A DNA stretch of 63,993 bases, counting the filler, from Lama guanicoe (Eukaryota), in assembly GCA_013239625.1 (NCBI GenBank). It is 76 parts of 73 records of this genome, joined end to end, with 100 filler letters (N's around TTAATTAATTAA, not from the genome) between each part and the next. Parts side by side here need not be neighbours in the genome. Positions count along the whole stretch, not along the records: positions 24,886 to 25,678 come from PNXV01000647.1; positions 25,779 to 26,630 come from MU053206.1; positions 26,731 to 27,765 come from MU053208.1; positions 27,866 to 28,513 come from PNXV01000676.1; positions 28,614 to 29,095 come from PNXV01000678.1; positions 29,196 to 30,409 come from MU053211.1; positions 30,510 to 31,353 come from MU053212.1; positions 31,454 to 32,385 come from PNXV01000685.1; 68 more parts are not named here. One strand, given 5' to 3'. Positions 24,886 to 38,592 of the stretch are shown here, one piece after another; position 1 is the stretch's first letter, and each line of letters begins with the position of its first letter. Both the position numbers and the translations under genes were made by a program. The notes under the pieces are model-generated. The model was not told the origin of the DNA. It searched no databases and was given only the letters and a program-made list of their open reading frames with translations.

Positions 24886-25678
24886 ATTAGAACCCAGGCG
24901 CTGCTGTCTGTTGGAGGAGCCTCCCTACTCTCTGGATAACTGAACATGACATATTTTCTGTGCTGGAGGTGTGGAAAATTGTCCAAGCATCTTTATGAGG
25001 GCACAGGTGTTCCCAGTTTGGGTATGTAGTTTAAATAGCTCCACTGCCCATAGAGAGGCACTCGCTAACACTTGGACTTAGAGCACAACCCCAACATTCG
25101 CTAACCCTGCGGCCTAGGAAAACACACAGGGAAATCAACCTAAGAGATACAGTTAGATCCCTGGTCTTGGTGTCATTTGGAGGAGCCTCAACAAAATAAC
25201 TTCTTCGTGTGTTTACAGAAGACAGGGAAACAAATCTCACAAATCTTTAGCGGGATACAGGTATTCTCAGGATGAGGGTTGTAGGTTAAACACCTCCACA
25301 TCGCATGGAAAGGCTCTCGCTAGTACTTGGATTTAGAGCCCACAGTCCACTTTTCCTCGCACTCCAGTCTAGGCAAACCATCAGGGAAGAAAAGCTAAGG
25401 GATTCTATTAAAACACAGGCGCTGCTGTCAGTTGGAGGAATTTCCCCACACTCAGGATTCTGGAACCCCCCCTTGTGTGGGGGTGTGTGGAGACACAGTC
25501 CTCGCCCATGAATGGAGGCACAGGTTTTCTCCGATAGGGAGAAGTCTTCTAAGTACTTAATCAGTCCTTCCGGTGGCACTAGCTGCTACTTGGCCTCCAA
25601 GCCCAACCCCCAGCTTTCCCTTGCTGCCCGGCGTAAGGAAACACTCAGGGAATACAAGCTAAGGGATTCTATTAAAAC
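24886..25678 (+). repeat. Satellite family C
   Basis: Monomer motifs, including the variant monomer GCTACTTGGCCTCCAAGCCCAACC. Confidence 0.9.
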
Positions 25679-26730
25679 NNNNNNNNNNNNNNNNNNNNNN
25701 NNNNNNNNNNNNNNNNNNNNNNTTAATTAATTAANNNNNNNNNNNNNNNNNNNNNNNNNNNNNNNNNNNNNNNNNNNNACTTCTCTATTCGGGATTTAGA
25801 GCCCAGTAACATTTTGCTATACTGACTACAGAGTTTCTTAATTTTTTTTAATAGAAAGAAAAAGAAACAAAATAGTAGAGTTAATGAACATCTGAGAGTT
25901 GATGTGTGTCCTTGTATGTATTTTGATACCTCATCTGTTTATAAACATAATCTACAAAAAGTTAGCTTGCTTAGCATAACAGTTAAACAGAGGGCCTTGA
26001 CACACACTGTTGGGGGTTGAAGCTGATCTTCTTGGGCAAATTATGTAGCCTCTCTGTGTCTTAGTTGCATCTTCTGTGACTGCCCCAGGGCCCCCCATCA
26101 CAGCTGATTTCCTAGACTAGATGTTGGGAGGGAGGCTGCTGAAGGGAGTAAGAGGTGGCAACTGCTAGGGATACTGAAGAGAGAGACAAAAACAGATTAA
26201 AGCCTATAAACTGGGTACCAATACCCTCAAAAGAGTAAGAATCCCTCAGTGTTTTGAGCCACTTAGTGTAAGGGAAACAAAATCACGTGGATCCAAAGCT
26301 CTTGAGCATATGAGTATTGTGGGTGGGAGGGTTTCATCATAAAAGTGTTGAGANNNNNNNNNNNNNNNNNNNNNNNNNNNNNNNNNNNNNNNNNNNNNNN
26401 NGTAAGTATGGAGAAGCGAAAACCCCCTGCTTCATAGTTGAAAGTGCTGTTTTGTGCAAAATTGACCAAAGTTTGGAGACCAGTCATCAGCGTTGCTGGC
26501 AAATGAAGAGGCTTCTGCATTGGGTGGGGCACTTGCTGTGACTTTCAGGTGACCTGCTGGCTGGGGGTGTGAGGCGGGCTATAGGTTTGCAGGGTGGCCC
26601 GGGCATAATCCCTGGCTCTGAGGCTGCCGTNNNNNNNNNNNNNNNNNNNNNNNNNNNNNNNNNNNNNNNNNNNNTTAATTAATTAANNNNNNNNNNNNNN
26701 NNNNNNNNNNNNNNNNNNNNNNNNNNNNNN

Positions 26731-27765
26731 CTCTATAAATAAGTATAGCGTGTGCCTCTCCATGGGTAGTGGAGAAGTTAAATCTACAACCAACAACTTG
26801 GGAATTACTGTGACCCCTGAAAAATGCGAGTGCTGTTTCCCCACGTCCAGCACACACAGGAGGAATTTTTTGGGGTTCTGAAGATGGTGGGGAGCTTCCC
26901 CCAACAGACAGCAGCANNNNNNNNNNNNNNNNNNNNNNNNNNNNNNNNNNNNNNNNNNNNNNNNNNNNNNNNNNNNNNNNNNNNNNNNNNNNNNNNNNNN
27001 NNNNNNNNNNNNNNNNNNNNNNNNNNNNNNNNNNNNNNNNNNNNNNNNNNNNNNNNNNNNNNNNNNNNNNNNNNNNNNNNNNNNNNNNNNNNNNNNNNNN
27101 NNNNNNNNNNNNNNNNNNNNNNNNNNNNNNNNNNNNNNNNNNNNNNNNNNNNNNNNNNNNNNNNNNNNNNNNNNNNNNNNNNNATAGAATCCCTTAGCTT
27201 GTCTTCCCTGAAGGCATGCCTAGGCTGGAGAGTGGGGGAAAGTGGGGGTTGGGCTCTAAACCAAGTATAAGCGAGTGCCTATCCATGGAATGTGGGTTTT
27301 TAACCTACAACCCACAACCATGGAATAAATGTGCCCCCTGAAAGATGCTTTGACTGTTTCCCTACATCCAGCACAAACACGAAGACGTGTTCTTGTATCC
27401 TGAGTGTGGGGAGGTTCCTCAAACTGACAGCAGCAACTGGCTTCTATTAGTATCCCTTAGCTTCTGTTCCCTGAGTGTTCCTTTAGGCCAGGCCATGAGG
27501 GAAAGCTGGGGGTTGGGCTTGGAGGCCAAGTAGCAGTGAGTGCCCCTTGATCCATTGAGGAAATACTCAGAGGACTTCTCCCTAACGGAACACCTTTTCC
27601 TCCATTCATCTGGGTGGAGTGGGGCTGCACATCTCTCCCACACCTAAGAATGTGTTCTGGAATTCTGAGTGCAGGGAAGTTCCTCCAACTGCCAGCAGCG
27701 CCTGGGTTCTTATTGAATCCCTTTGCTTGCCTTCCATGATAGGAATCCTAGGCGGGAGTGCGGGG
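26731..27765 (-). repeat. Satellite family C, reverse orientation
   Basis: 27184-27425 is the close reverse complement of 2141-2380. Confidence 0.92.
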
Positions 27766-27865
27766 NNNNNNNNNNNNNNNNNNNNNNNNNNNNNNNNNNN
27801 NNNNNNNNNTTAATTAATTAANNNNNNNNNNNNNNNNNNNNNNNNNNNNNNNNNNNNNNNNNNNN

Positions 27866-28513
27866 ATACTATTTCCCTTTTTCTACATTCTTCACAAAAA
27901 ATCTCTTGAGACCCATTTCCCTGTAAGACATTTCATTCATCTCTAGGGACTAGGAGGCGCCCTTAGGACTCAGGCAATTCAACGGCATAAACAAATTAAG
28001 CCTTACTAGGAAATATACAGGGGCTTTATCACAGTTTCCTAACAACGCGAAACATTTAAAAATTCCTTCCAATGTAATATGTGACAGGAACACTGGGATG
28101 GGGTTGGGGATTAATATCAAAGACTCCCTTTTCTAGGGAGCAAGTAGAGGAAAGGTATTTCCTGGAGTGTCAGCATTTCATCCCCCTATTTCAGTGAGTG
28201 TGATGAGCTCACAGCCCCTTGTACTGAGTTTGTTGGACCCCTAAATACTTCCTTCTTCCCCTGGGTTGGTGTTTCAGAGGAAGTTAATTTTTTTTCTCCC
28301 CTCATTTTTAGGCTATACCTGGAAAGTAATATAAAATCAAGTGCCAGTATCGACTTGGTCAAATAGTTCGACTATTTTCATTTTTGTTCCCTAGACATTT
28401 GCTATTTATTTAACTTTAAGGCTTCCCAGTTAACAGGTAATCAATTTTTTTTCAGGAAGCCTTAACCTCAATGTCCTTGTTCCCCAAAGTTACCCTCCCA
28501 AGCTTCTCCAAAT
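27866..28513 (-). mobile_element. Possible degenerate ERV internal (gag-pro) fragment
   Basis: Minus-strand VDTG motif (gtcgatactggc, ~28344-28355) resembling a retroviral protease active site; otherwise heavily decayed. Confidence 0.3.
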
Positions 28514-29879
28514 NNNNNNNNNNNNNNNNNNNNNNNNNNNNNNNNNNNNNNNNNNNNTTAATTAATTAANNNNNNNNNNNNNNNNNNNNNNNNNNNNNNN
28601 NNNNNNNNNNNNNGCAGGATCGTGCAGTCACAGCACAGCCGGCGCCTGCGTCCCCCCTGCTCTGGCCAGCGGCGGCTACTCACAGCCCAGCTGCCCCTGC
28701 CGGCGGGGGCCCCGCTCACAGGGGCTGGGGCGGCCAGAAGGTTTGCGTCCCTGGGCTGCCTCCACCCTGAGGCCAAGGCCTGGCTTTTCTCCGAAGCTCT
28801 CAGACTCGTGTACAGATGTGTTTCCCGTCATGGTAGGGGATTCTCCACCCTTTCAAGCTGGTGGAAAATTCACATTGAGTTTTTACCCAGCCCTTGGAGA
28901 GCTAGCTGGAGGGACAGGGTAAAGAATGTGTGAGAGCAGCCATTGCCCAAGGTGGCCATCCCCAGGCCTCCCCTGGGCTGCCCTGGCCTCTCCTGACCCC
29001 GCTGAGGGTCAGCCACGTGCTGCTCAGCTCCTTCCAGCTCAGCCCCGCACCAAACCTCCCCACTTCCTGCCTCACCCAGCACAGGCCTGTGGCTGNNNNN
29101 NNNNNNNNNNNNNNNNNNNNNNNNNNNNNNNNNNNNNNNTTAATTAATTAANNNNNNNNNNNNNNNNNNNNNNNNNNNNNNNNNNNNNNNNNNNNATTTT
29201 GCCTCATGACACTTTTGACTAGGACCTGCGAATTCTCTGTCCCTTGTTAACTCTCTCTTGAAAGCCATTTAATTTTTTGCAGGCTCCTCCGCTCAGATGT
29301 ATGAATAACCTCTTTAAACTTCTTGATGCAGCTCCTTAATGAAGATCTTGAGTAGGAAACCTAGTCAAAACCTGGGAGGTATGCATACAGTGACTGCAAA
29401 CTCAGCACTTTGTGAAGTTCAGAATCAGAGGGGTGGGTGANNNNNNNNNNNNNNNNNNNNNNNNNNNNNNNNNNNNNNNNNNNNNNNNNNNNNNNNNNNN
29501 NNNNNNNNNNNNNNNNNNNNNNNNNNNNNNNNNNNNNNNNNNNNNNNNNNNNNNNNNNNNNNNNNNNNNNNNNNNNNNNNNNNNNNNNNNNNNNNNNNNN
29601 NNNNNNNNNNNNNNNNNNNNNNNNNNNNNNNNNNNNNNNNNNNNNNNNNNNNNNNNNNNNNNNNNNNNNNNNNNNNNNNNNNNNNNNNNNNNNNNNNNNN
29701 NNNNNNNNNNNNNNNNNNNNNNNNNNNNNNNNNNNNNNNNNNNNNNNNNNNNNNNNNNNNNNNNNNNNNNNNNNNNNNNNNNNNNNNNNNNNNNNNNNNN
29801 NNNNNNNNNNNNNNNNNNNNNNNNNNNNNNNNNNNNNNNNNNNNNNNNNNNNNNNNNACTTCCCTTCACAGCCCAGTCC

Positions 29880-30409
29880 TGTTGATACAAGAATAAAAAA
29901 AGTGGGGCATGAGAAGGGCTGTGTCCCATGCTTTGGTTGAGCCTCTGAGATGTGCCCCATCGGATTTTGTTCCTTGGCGTCGTGCAGTAAAAATTTCAAG
30001 AGCAAGCCAGTGTTGATTAAAGGTAGATTTATTCAGAGAGATACATTGAAATGCAAGAGAAACGTCACGAGGTGTGGGGGTTTGATGCTCAGATTAAAAG
30101 TAGGTACACACTCCACAGACAGAGTGTGGGTCTTCTCCGAAGAGGGTGAGAGGGTGGTGACCGCGAGGTGGCGCTGTGTTGCTTGTTTTCTTGGGCTTGG
30201 TGGTTTCATATGCTAATAAGTAGAAGGACCAGCCTTAGGGCAAGGGGTTGGGATTCCCAGGGAGTTGGTCATTTCCCACCCTGTGACATTTTGTGGCTAG
30301 CCTTTGGACCGCCATAGTGCCTGGGGCATGTTATTCACCATGTTTCTATTACAATGGGTTTTTACTGAATCTCAAGCTCTGCTAGAAGTTAAATCTCTTC
30401 ATCCTGAGC
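29880..30409 (-). mobile_element. ERV LTR fragment (3' end)
   Basis: TGTTGATAC terminus (reads ...CA on the minus strand); AATAAA on the minus strand near 30028-30033; LTR-like U3/R composition. Confidence 0.6.
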
Positions 30410-30509
30410 NNNNNNNNNNNNNNNNNNNNNNNNNNNNNNNNNNNNNNNNNNNNTTAATTAATTAANNNNNNNNNNNNNNNNNNNNNNNNNNNNNNNNNNN
30501 NNNNNNNNN

Positions 30510-31352
30510 TGCAGAATATAGAATACAGAATATAGAATGTAGAATACAGAACATACATAATGTTAAACAAAATACCGAATCCAGAATTTAGAAAATGGAA
30601 TTGAGAACACAGAATTTAGAATATAGAATACAGAATACATAATATAAATTTTAGAATATAGAATGTAGAACACAGAATATAGAATATAGAGTACGGAATA
30701 CAGAATATAGGATACAGAATATAGANNNNNNNNNNNNNNNNNNNNNNNNNNNNNNNNNNNNNNNNNNNNNNNNNNNNNNNNNNNNNNNNNNNNNNNNNNN
30801 NNNNNNNNNNNNNNNNNNNNNNNNNNNNNNNNNNNNNNNNNNNNGAATATAGAATGTGGTATACAGAATAAAGAATATAGAATATGGAATGTAGAATATA
30901 GAATAGAGAATATAGAATATTGAACACAGAATATAGAAATAAGAAAACAGAATACAGAACCCAGAATTTAGAAAATGGAATGCAGAACACAGAAATTAGA
31001 ATATAGAATATATTAATCTGAATATAGAGTTTAGAATATAGAATGAACAACCCACAATATAGAATATTGAATAGAGAATATAGAACCCAGAGTTTAGAAC
31101 ATGGAATGCAGAACACAGAAATTAGAATATAGAATATATTAATCTGAATATAGAGTTTAGAATATAGAATGAACAACCCACAATATAGAATATTGAATAG
31201 AGAATATAGAACCCAGAGTTTAGAACATGGAATGCAGAACACAGAAATTAGAATATAGAATATATTAATCTGAATATAGAGTTTAGAATATAGAATGAAC
31301 AACCCACAATATAGAATATTGAATAGAGAATATAGAACCCAGAATTTAGAAC
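30510..31352 (-). repeat. Heptamer satellite D with 3 near-perfect 126-bp units
   Basis: TTAATCTG at 31013, 31139 and 31265. Confidence 0.96.
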
Positions 31353-32982
31353 ANNNNNNNNNNNNNNNNNNNNNNNNNNNNNNNNNNNNNNNNNNNNTTA
31401 ATTAATTAANNNNNNNNNNNNNNNNNNNNNNNNNNNNNNNNNNNNNNNNNNNNTGGCTTGATACTGTTAAGTGTATATCTTGTGAGAGATTTATATTTGA
31501 ACGTTGAAAATTTAGCCAAGGTTATAAAATGATGAAGTTAATTTAATTTTGTACTTGTTTCTTCATGCATTTAATTGGAGTTTTTTAAAGTTAGGCATTA
31601 TTACTAAAATTACTAGTTCAACTTTTCAAAGCTAACTCTGACTTCATACCTCATTTCCTTTATATGGCCATTTTGGATATAATCTTAACTCTACATTACC
31701 TAATAACATTTATTTCTCAATTAGCAAGTGATCAGGAACAAAATTGGATCAAAATTTCTTTCAACACATAAAGATACTTCCACCAATAATACATTACTTT
31801 CATATTTAATGAACAAATAGATAAGATAAATATAATATTTTCAAAATACATGACAACAAATATACTCAGAAGAGAAACACTGTAACCACCATTACAATAA
31901 TGTATTCTTAATTTTGTCCCGATTATTACATGCATCTTAGGTGACTTCCTAGGATATCGCAGTATCACTCAAGGAGGAAACTTGAATAGAAGGAAAGTGC
32001 TTTTAGCATGAGGTCTGGAGGAATGCCAGCAACGAAAGTGAACATGAAGTAAGAGGCACTGAGACACTGATCTGAAGGCACTGATGGGAGCAATAGAAGA
32101 GGTACGACAGTGACGTTAGGAAGTCAAGGTGAAGGAGTGTTCAAAAACTAGGATATGGGGAGTGACTTCAGAGAGCTGGCAGAGTGGGAAGTCCCAACTC
32201 TTGTCTCCCAATAGCAACACTGATTTAGTGATAGCACATGGGTGAAAATAGCTTTATAAGACCGCCACATCCAAGTCAGTAAATTGTAGCATGGTGATGA
32301 GCACAGAGCTAGTGAGAGCCAGGTGAAACAGGCAAAAACACAACTTCACTTCACCCCAGAAGTCCCTCCCCCAAGCAGGCACAGTNNNNNNNNNNNNNNN
32401 NNNNNNNNNNNNNNNNNNNNNNNNNNNNNTTAATTAATTAANNNNNNNNNNNNNNNNNNNNNNNNNNNNNNNNNNNNNNNNNNNNACTGGTAGGACTCTG
32501 GTGGGGAGCACTGCACCCACATTCTCTGGCAAACGACACACTAGGCAGCTCTAGATGATCTGAGAGAGGCCCCTTCAATGAACATATATACACCAAAATC
32601 AGGCAGAAGGCTGCCTGTGACCTTGGGAATCCAAACCAGCTTGTCCGGTTAATCAGCATATTACACATCTAAAGAACATGTGCACCAGATGAAGACGATG
32701 CCTTAGACAGCGTTGGTGGTTATGTCCAGCCGTGTCTAAGGACAAGTCATGCTCTGGTAGATGGGAGCATTTTGTTTGCTCTAAGTTTGCTACTGAAGGG
32801 CTGGGACATTTCATTGGACCTTGAAACTCCAGACCTCTTTACTCACAAAGGCAGACAAGTTAGGTGAGCCAGCTCAGCCTTTATTCCAACTTCCTAACCA
32901 AAAGGCTATGAGGTTGAAAATATATTTCTCAAACTCTTCTGCAGCAAGGGTTCCAGATGTGGCTTCAAAAATGCCCATCAGA

Positions 32983-33196
32983 GACTGAGATATGCAAATA
33001 TTAACTACTATATATAAAAATAGCTAAAAAAACTAAATTTTTTCTGTATAGCACAGGGAACTATATTTAATATCTTGTAATAACCTTTAATGAAAAAGAA
33101 TATGAAAAGGAATTCATACATATAAATGTGTATATGAATGACTGGAACATTGTGCTGTGCATCAGAAATTGACACATTGTAACTGACTATACTTCA
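32983..33196 (+). mobile_element. LINE-1 3' end (cetartiodactyl type)
   Basis: ctgtatagcacagggaactatat..atcttgtaataacct and gaaattgacacattgtaactgactatacttcaa. Confidence 0.85.
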
Positions 33197-36100
33197 ANNN
33201 NNNNNNNNNNNNNNNNNNNNNNNNNNNNNNNNNNNNNNNNNNNNNNNNNNNNNNNNNNNNNNNNNNNNNNNNNNNNNNNNNNNNNNNNNNNNNNNNNNNN
33301 NNNNNNNNNNNNNNNNNNNNNNNNNNNNNNNNNNNNNNNNNNNNNNNNNNNNNNNNNNNNNNNNNNNNNNNNNAGCCACTAACAGCAAGTGAGTTAGGGT
33401 AACAGCTTCCTGAAATCCTCCCCACACCTCCTGATGAGCCAGGTGTCTGGCGTTTCTCTGGAAATCACTAGGCGCNNNNNNNNNNNNNNNNNNNNNNNNN
33501 NNNNNNNNNNNNNNNNNNNTTAATTAATTAANNNNNNNNNNNNNNNNNNNNNNNNNNNNNNNNNNNNNNNNNNNNCCCCAGTCACTATCAATGTTCTTAA
33601 AATTCTGGGTATTTTTAACTGTATTTTTCATTGAGACTATTCCAGAAATTTCCAAGCACCATTCTCCAGGTTGGCTCCCCTCCCAGCGCCCATCCTTTCT
33701 CACCTCAGAAACTCTGCATGATTGCTTCTGTTCATGGGAAAGCGAGTCCGGTAGGGTGGGGACTCCCAAGGACTCCCCCCCTCACGGGTGAGTGTGACTA
33801 CCTTCACCCCACTCCGACTCCAGATTCTGATGATTACCTCCCAGACCCTGCAGCCTCTGCAGCTTCCCAAGACACACACGTGGCCACGACCCTCCCTTCA
33901 GATTTCTTCCTGGCTGGCCCTGCCCTCCCCCCGGCCCCTTAAAGATAAATGGCTTTTGTCTGAAAATCGCAAACTCCGCTGACTGACACACCATAGCTGC
34001 ATGGCTTGGGCTTTCCTCCAACACAGGCACAGCCCTGCCCTCCCTCAGCCTAAGTNNNNNNNNNNNNNNNNNNNNNNNNNNNNNNNNNNNNNNNNNNNNT
34101 TAATTAATTAANNNNNNNNNNNNNNNNNNNNNNNNNNNNNNNNNNNNNNNNNNNNGGCCCCACTTTGCCTCGGAAATACAGAGGAGCTCTTCTGGGCTGC
34201 CTTACCCCCACCTGCTCTGTTTCCACGTGTATCTATCGTGCTGTTCCTCGGGAAGAAGAGGGTGAGATGCCTTTGCCGACAGGTGGACCCCTTTCCTGTG
34301 GAGAGTGAGGGAAGCTGTGTCCCCCTGGCCTACGGCCTCGGGCCTTGAGTCTGGAGAGCGCTCATGGCGGTCCCACAGGTGACGGTCAGAGGACCTGGCA
34401 CGTGCTGCCTGGCCCGCTGTGGAGGCGGTGCTCTGTGATTCTTGAAACTCTATGGCTAAGGGGCAAGGCATGTCGTGACCATGATCTGTACTTGTCCACA
34501 CAGGGCCCTGTGATCTACATGCCCGCACTCCCGTTCTGCTTCTTGGAGATGAGCTGGCATGTTTATGTTATGAGNNNNNNNNNNNNNNNNNNNNNNNNNN
34601 NNNNNNNNNNNNNNNNNNTTAATTAATTAANNNNNNNNNNNNNNNNNNNNNNNNNNNNNNNNNNNNNNNNNNNNTAGCTTAGTTGACAGCTCCCGTCGGC
34701 ACCTGTCCATTCCTTAGGGAGTGTGTGGTATTGTGGCCGTGCTGCCCCTCGGCTGTCTGGCTCCACGCCCTTGCCCGAACCAGCTGCTCTGTCCAGGAGT
34801 GAGGGAGCAGACATCACACATTTTTAAGTGTGTTTTATCGTAGGAGAATTAACTGATCATTGTACAAGTTTCAGAGCCTGTCTCGTCAGCAGTAAGCAGG
34901 TGAGGAAGGGAGGGCCTGTGAGTGGCAAGTTCTCTCTGCCTCTCCTCTTTGTCGGGGATCACAGCCCCGGATAAGCTTTCACAATTTGGAAATCACAAAG
35001 GGTGGGAGGGAAAGAGATCCAAGATTGCAAATTTGGAACAGGGTACATTGCGAAGCTGCAACCAGGATGTGCAGTCTTTCTCAGTGGCTGATTTGTGCAG
35101 TGCGCCACCCGTGAGACTGAACAGGGCAGACCTGGGAGCCGTCCTGCTGTGAGGACGGAAATGATGGCTGACTGTGATGCCACAGGAGGAGAGTGAGTGA
35201 ACGTGTGTGTGCACGCGTACATGTGTATACGGGGTGTGTGTTGAGGATGGAGGAGAGGGAACACAGTGGAATCAAAAGTAGGGGGGCCTTCTTACATGGT
35301 GATGCGTGACAAGTAGACATGGTGTGTGGGGGGTGGGGCTGGGGTTGAAGACACGGAATGGGGGCACCCGGCAGGCTTGAGGGCCATATTTACTTCTGAC
35401 CCCCAGTTTGTCTTATTGGTTTTGGTAAAGGAAATATTTAAAGAAAAACCAAAATATTTTGGCCTAGGTTTATAATCAAAATTTTATTCGTCTTGCAGCA
35501 AATGAATTGGCACATGCAGCCAAACCTAGTAACTTNNNNNNNNNNNNNNNNNNNNNNNNNNNNNNNNNNNNNNNNNNNNTTAATTAATTAANNNNNNNNN
35601 NNNNNNNNNNNNNNNNNNNNNNNNNNNNNNNNNNNAGATGGCCAACAGAAAATAGAATTAAGCCAACAAACTAAAATTCTAAGTTGGCAAGTTATAGAAG
35701 TCTACCAGCTAAATGTCTCTTCTTCTGGAAAAGAGGGAGACTCACCAGCTCTTTTCTGTGGAGCCTGAGCCCAGGGAAGGGCGGTGAAGTGAGCTCTGTA
35801 AGTACCCAATTAGCAAAGTGAGTGATGAATAAAGAGACGTGAGCTTTGATGACAGACATGATACTACTATTCACTTGTCCTGTCAAGTATGACTTCATGC
35901 TCAGTGATCAATACCTAGGCATCCTCAGGGATTGAGATTATAGGAAAATGCACAGCCCGGGATAAGACCTTCTCTGTGAGCTCATGACACTGCACTTAGA
36001 TGTCTCAAGGGCACCTCCAACTCCACCTGCAAAGAGCTGACTTCACGGTGCTCCTCCAATAGCNNNNNNNNNNNNNNNNNNNNNNNNNNNNNNNNNNNNN

Positions 36101-37525
36101 NNNNNNNNNNNNNNNNNNNNNNNNNNNNNNNNNNNNNNNNNNNNNNNNNNNNNNNNNNNNNNNNNNNNNNNNNNNNNNNNNNNNNNNNNNNNNNNNNNNN
36201 NNNNNNNNNNNNNNNNNNNNNNNNNNNNNNNNNNNNNNNNNNNNNNNNNNNNNNNNNNNNNNNNNNNNNNNNNNNNNNNNNNNNNNAGCAGTCCTGTCGG
36301 TACATCACTGCTTCAATTAATTAGGTAAATTGTTTCACTTCCTTGAGTGCGTCATTGAAAGTGACACGGCTACTGAGCCACAAACCTGGGACTGAAAATC
36401 ACTTGANNNNNNNNNNNNNNNNNNNNNNNNNNNNNNNNNNNNNNNNNNNNTTAATTAATTAANNNNNNNNNNNNNNNNNNNNNNNNNNNNNNNNNNNNNN
36501 NNNNNNTATCACCTCGTCTTTAGCCAGTCATGTGCTGATGGACATTTGTGTTGTTACATGTCCCTTTTGGCAATAATTATGGATTTTAAATATTTTCGAC
36601 CTTAAAATCCTTCCTGAAGGAGATGTGGTAACTGGAATCAAAAAGAGTTACAGCACAGGATTGTGTGTGATGGGCACTGGGAGCTTGGTAGAAAGGTTGG
36701 CAGAAAGGATTTCAGATTCTGATCAAATGATTCNNNNNNNNNNNNNNNNNNNNNNNNNNNNNNNNNNNNNNNNNNNNNNNNNNNNNNNNNNNNNNNNNNN
36801 NNNNNNNNNNNNNNNNNNNNNNNNNNNNNNNNNNNNNNNNNNNNNNNNNNNNNNNNNNTTGGTGTCATCCAGCAGGGACCTTAATTGAGGCACCCAATCT
36901 CCTGTGTTGGTTTCTTCCATCAGCCCTTAACTTCCTTGGGAGCCAGGACTGTCTCATTGCCCCAAGGATCCCTAATGCCTAGTGAGATTCCTGATACAGC
37001 TGGGACTTAATGAGCACATGGGTCAAATGGAAAAACCTGATCAAAGAAAAGGCCCTCATATTTCAGTCATGCCTACTTGAGTACATAGGGTAAACTGACA
37101 TGACTTCTTGGATTTGCTGTCAAATACTTCAACAAAGGACAAATAAAAGAACAAAGGTCTCAATAAAGGAAATATGGAAAAGTTTGTGAATTCCTTAATC
37201 TGGGTGTTGGGCTTACTGTACTATACTTACTGATGTTTACTTAAGTTAGTTTATAATTTTAGTGTCATTAGCGGAATACCAAGTATTGATACGTATAAAT
37301 TGAAATCCTTAGAACTGACCAAACTTACCCCACACAAAATCCTTAATATCCTAATAATTTGTCTTACAGAAATCTTTTCCCACAAAGAAAGGAAAAAAGG
37401 GAAAGGCAGATCCGTGCAGTATTTCNNNNNNNNNNNNNNNNNNNNNNNNNNNNNNNNNNNNNNNNNNNNTTAATTAATTAANNNNNNNNNNNNNNNNNNN
37501 NNNNNNNNNNNNNNNNNNNNNNNNN

Positions 37526-38492
37526 AATCCAGCAATACATAGAAAGGATTATACACGATGATAAGTTGGATTCCTTCCAGAGTCAAAGGGATGGTTCAAC
37601 ATACGCAAGTTAATCAGCATGACACATATTTAATAAAGGAAGGACAAAATTCACAGGACCATGTCAATACACACAGAAAAAGCATTAGACAAAATTCAAG
37701 ATACATTCGTGATCAGAACTCTCATGAAAGAGAGTATAATGGAAACATCCCTCAGCATATTATAGGCCATTTATAACAATTTATAATACTTAGGGGAAAA
37801 GCTGAAAGCCTTCTGGGTAAATTCGGGAAAAGACAAGGATTCCTACCCTCAGAACTTCTGTTCCATTGTAAAAGATGAAAGGAAAAGGAAAGAAAAAGAA
37901 GAAAAACAAAGGCAAAATGGAAAGAAAGAGGTAAAATTGGCACCAGCACTGATGACATAACAATCTACATAGAGTCCTTAGGGCTCCACAGAGACTAATA
38001 TCAACAATAAATAATTTCAATGAGGGAGCAGGGTACAATATTAATGTAAAGTTGTCTCTTGCATTTCTACACGTTAATCATGAGATACCCTAAAATGGAC
38101 GTTGAAAGCAATACTATTTAAAATCTCATTCCCCCGAATACCTTGGATTAAATGTAACCACATATACGAAAGATCTAAACACTGAAAATTAAAAAACATT
38201 GACAAAGAAATTAAAAATGTTTCAAAAAAATGGAATGATGTCTTGTGCTCTTGGATTGAAGGAGTTAATATTGTTAACATGGCCAAACAACACAAGGAAA
38301 CCTACAGATTTAATGCAATTCCTGTTAATGCAATTCCTGTTACGAAGCTGTAGTATTTCCCACAGAAACAGAAAATAAATAACTCTGTTTTAAATGAAAC
38401 CATTAAATATTGTGAAAAAGATCTTGAGGAAAAACAACAAATTTGGAGGTATAAACCTCCCAGATTCCTTTCTATACTACAAAGCTACAGTA
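37526..38492 (+). mobile_element. LINE-1 ORF2 fragment, degenerate
   Basis: atccagcaatacat, gggatggttcaacatacgcaa, gaaaagctgaaagcc, atacactggattaaat-like and tatactacaaagctacagta L1 landmarks in order. Confidence 0.9.
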
Positions 38493-38592
38493 NNNNNNNN
38501 NNNNNNNNNNNNNNNNNNNNNNNNNNNNNNNNNNNNTTAATTAATTAANNNNNNNNNNNNNNNNNNNNNNNNNNNNNNNNNNNNNNNNNNNN

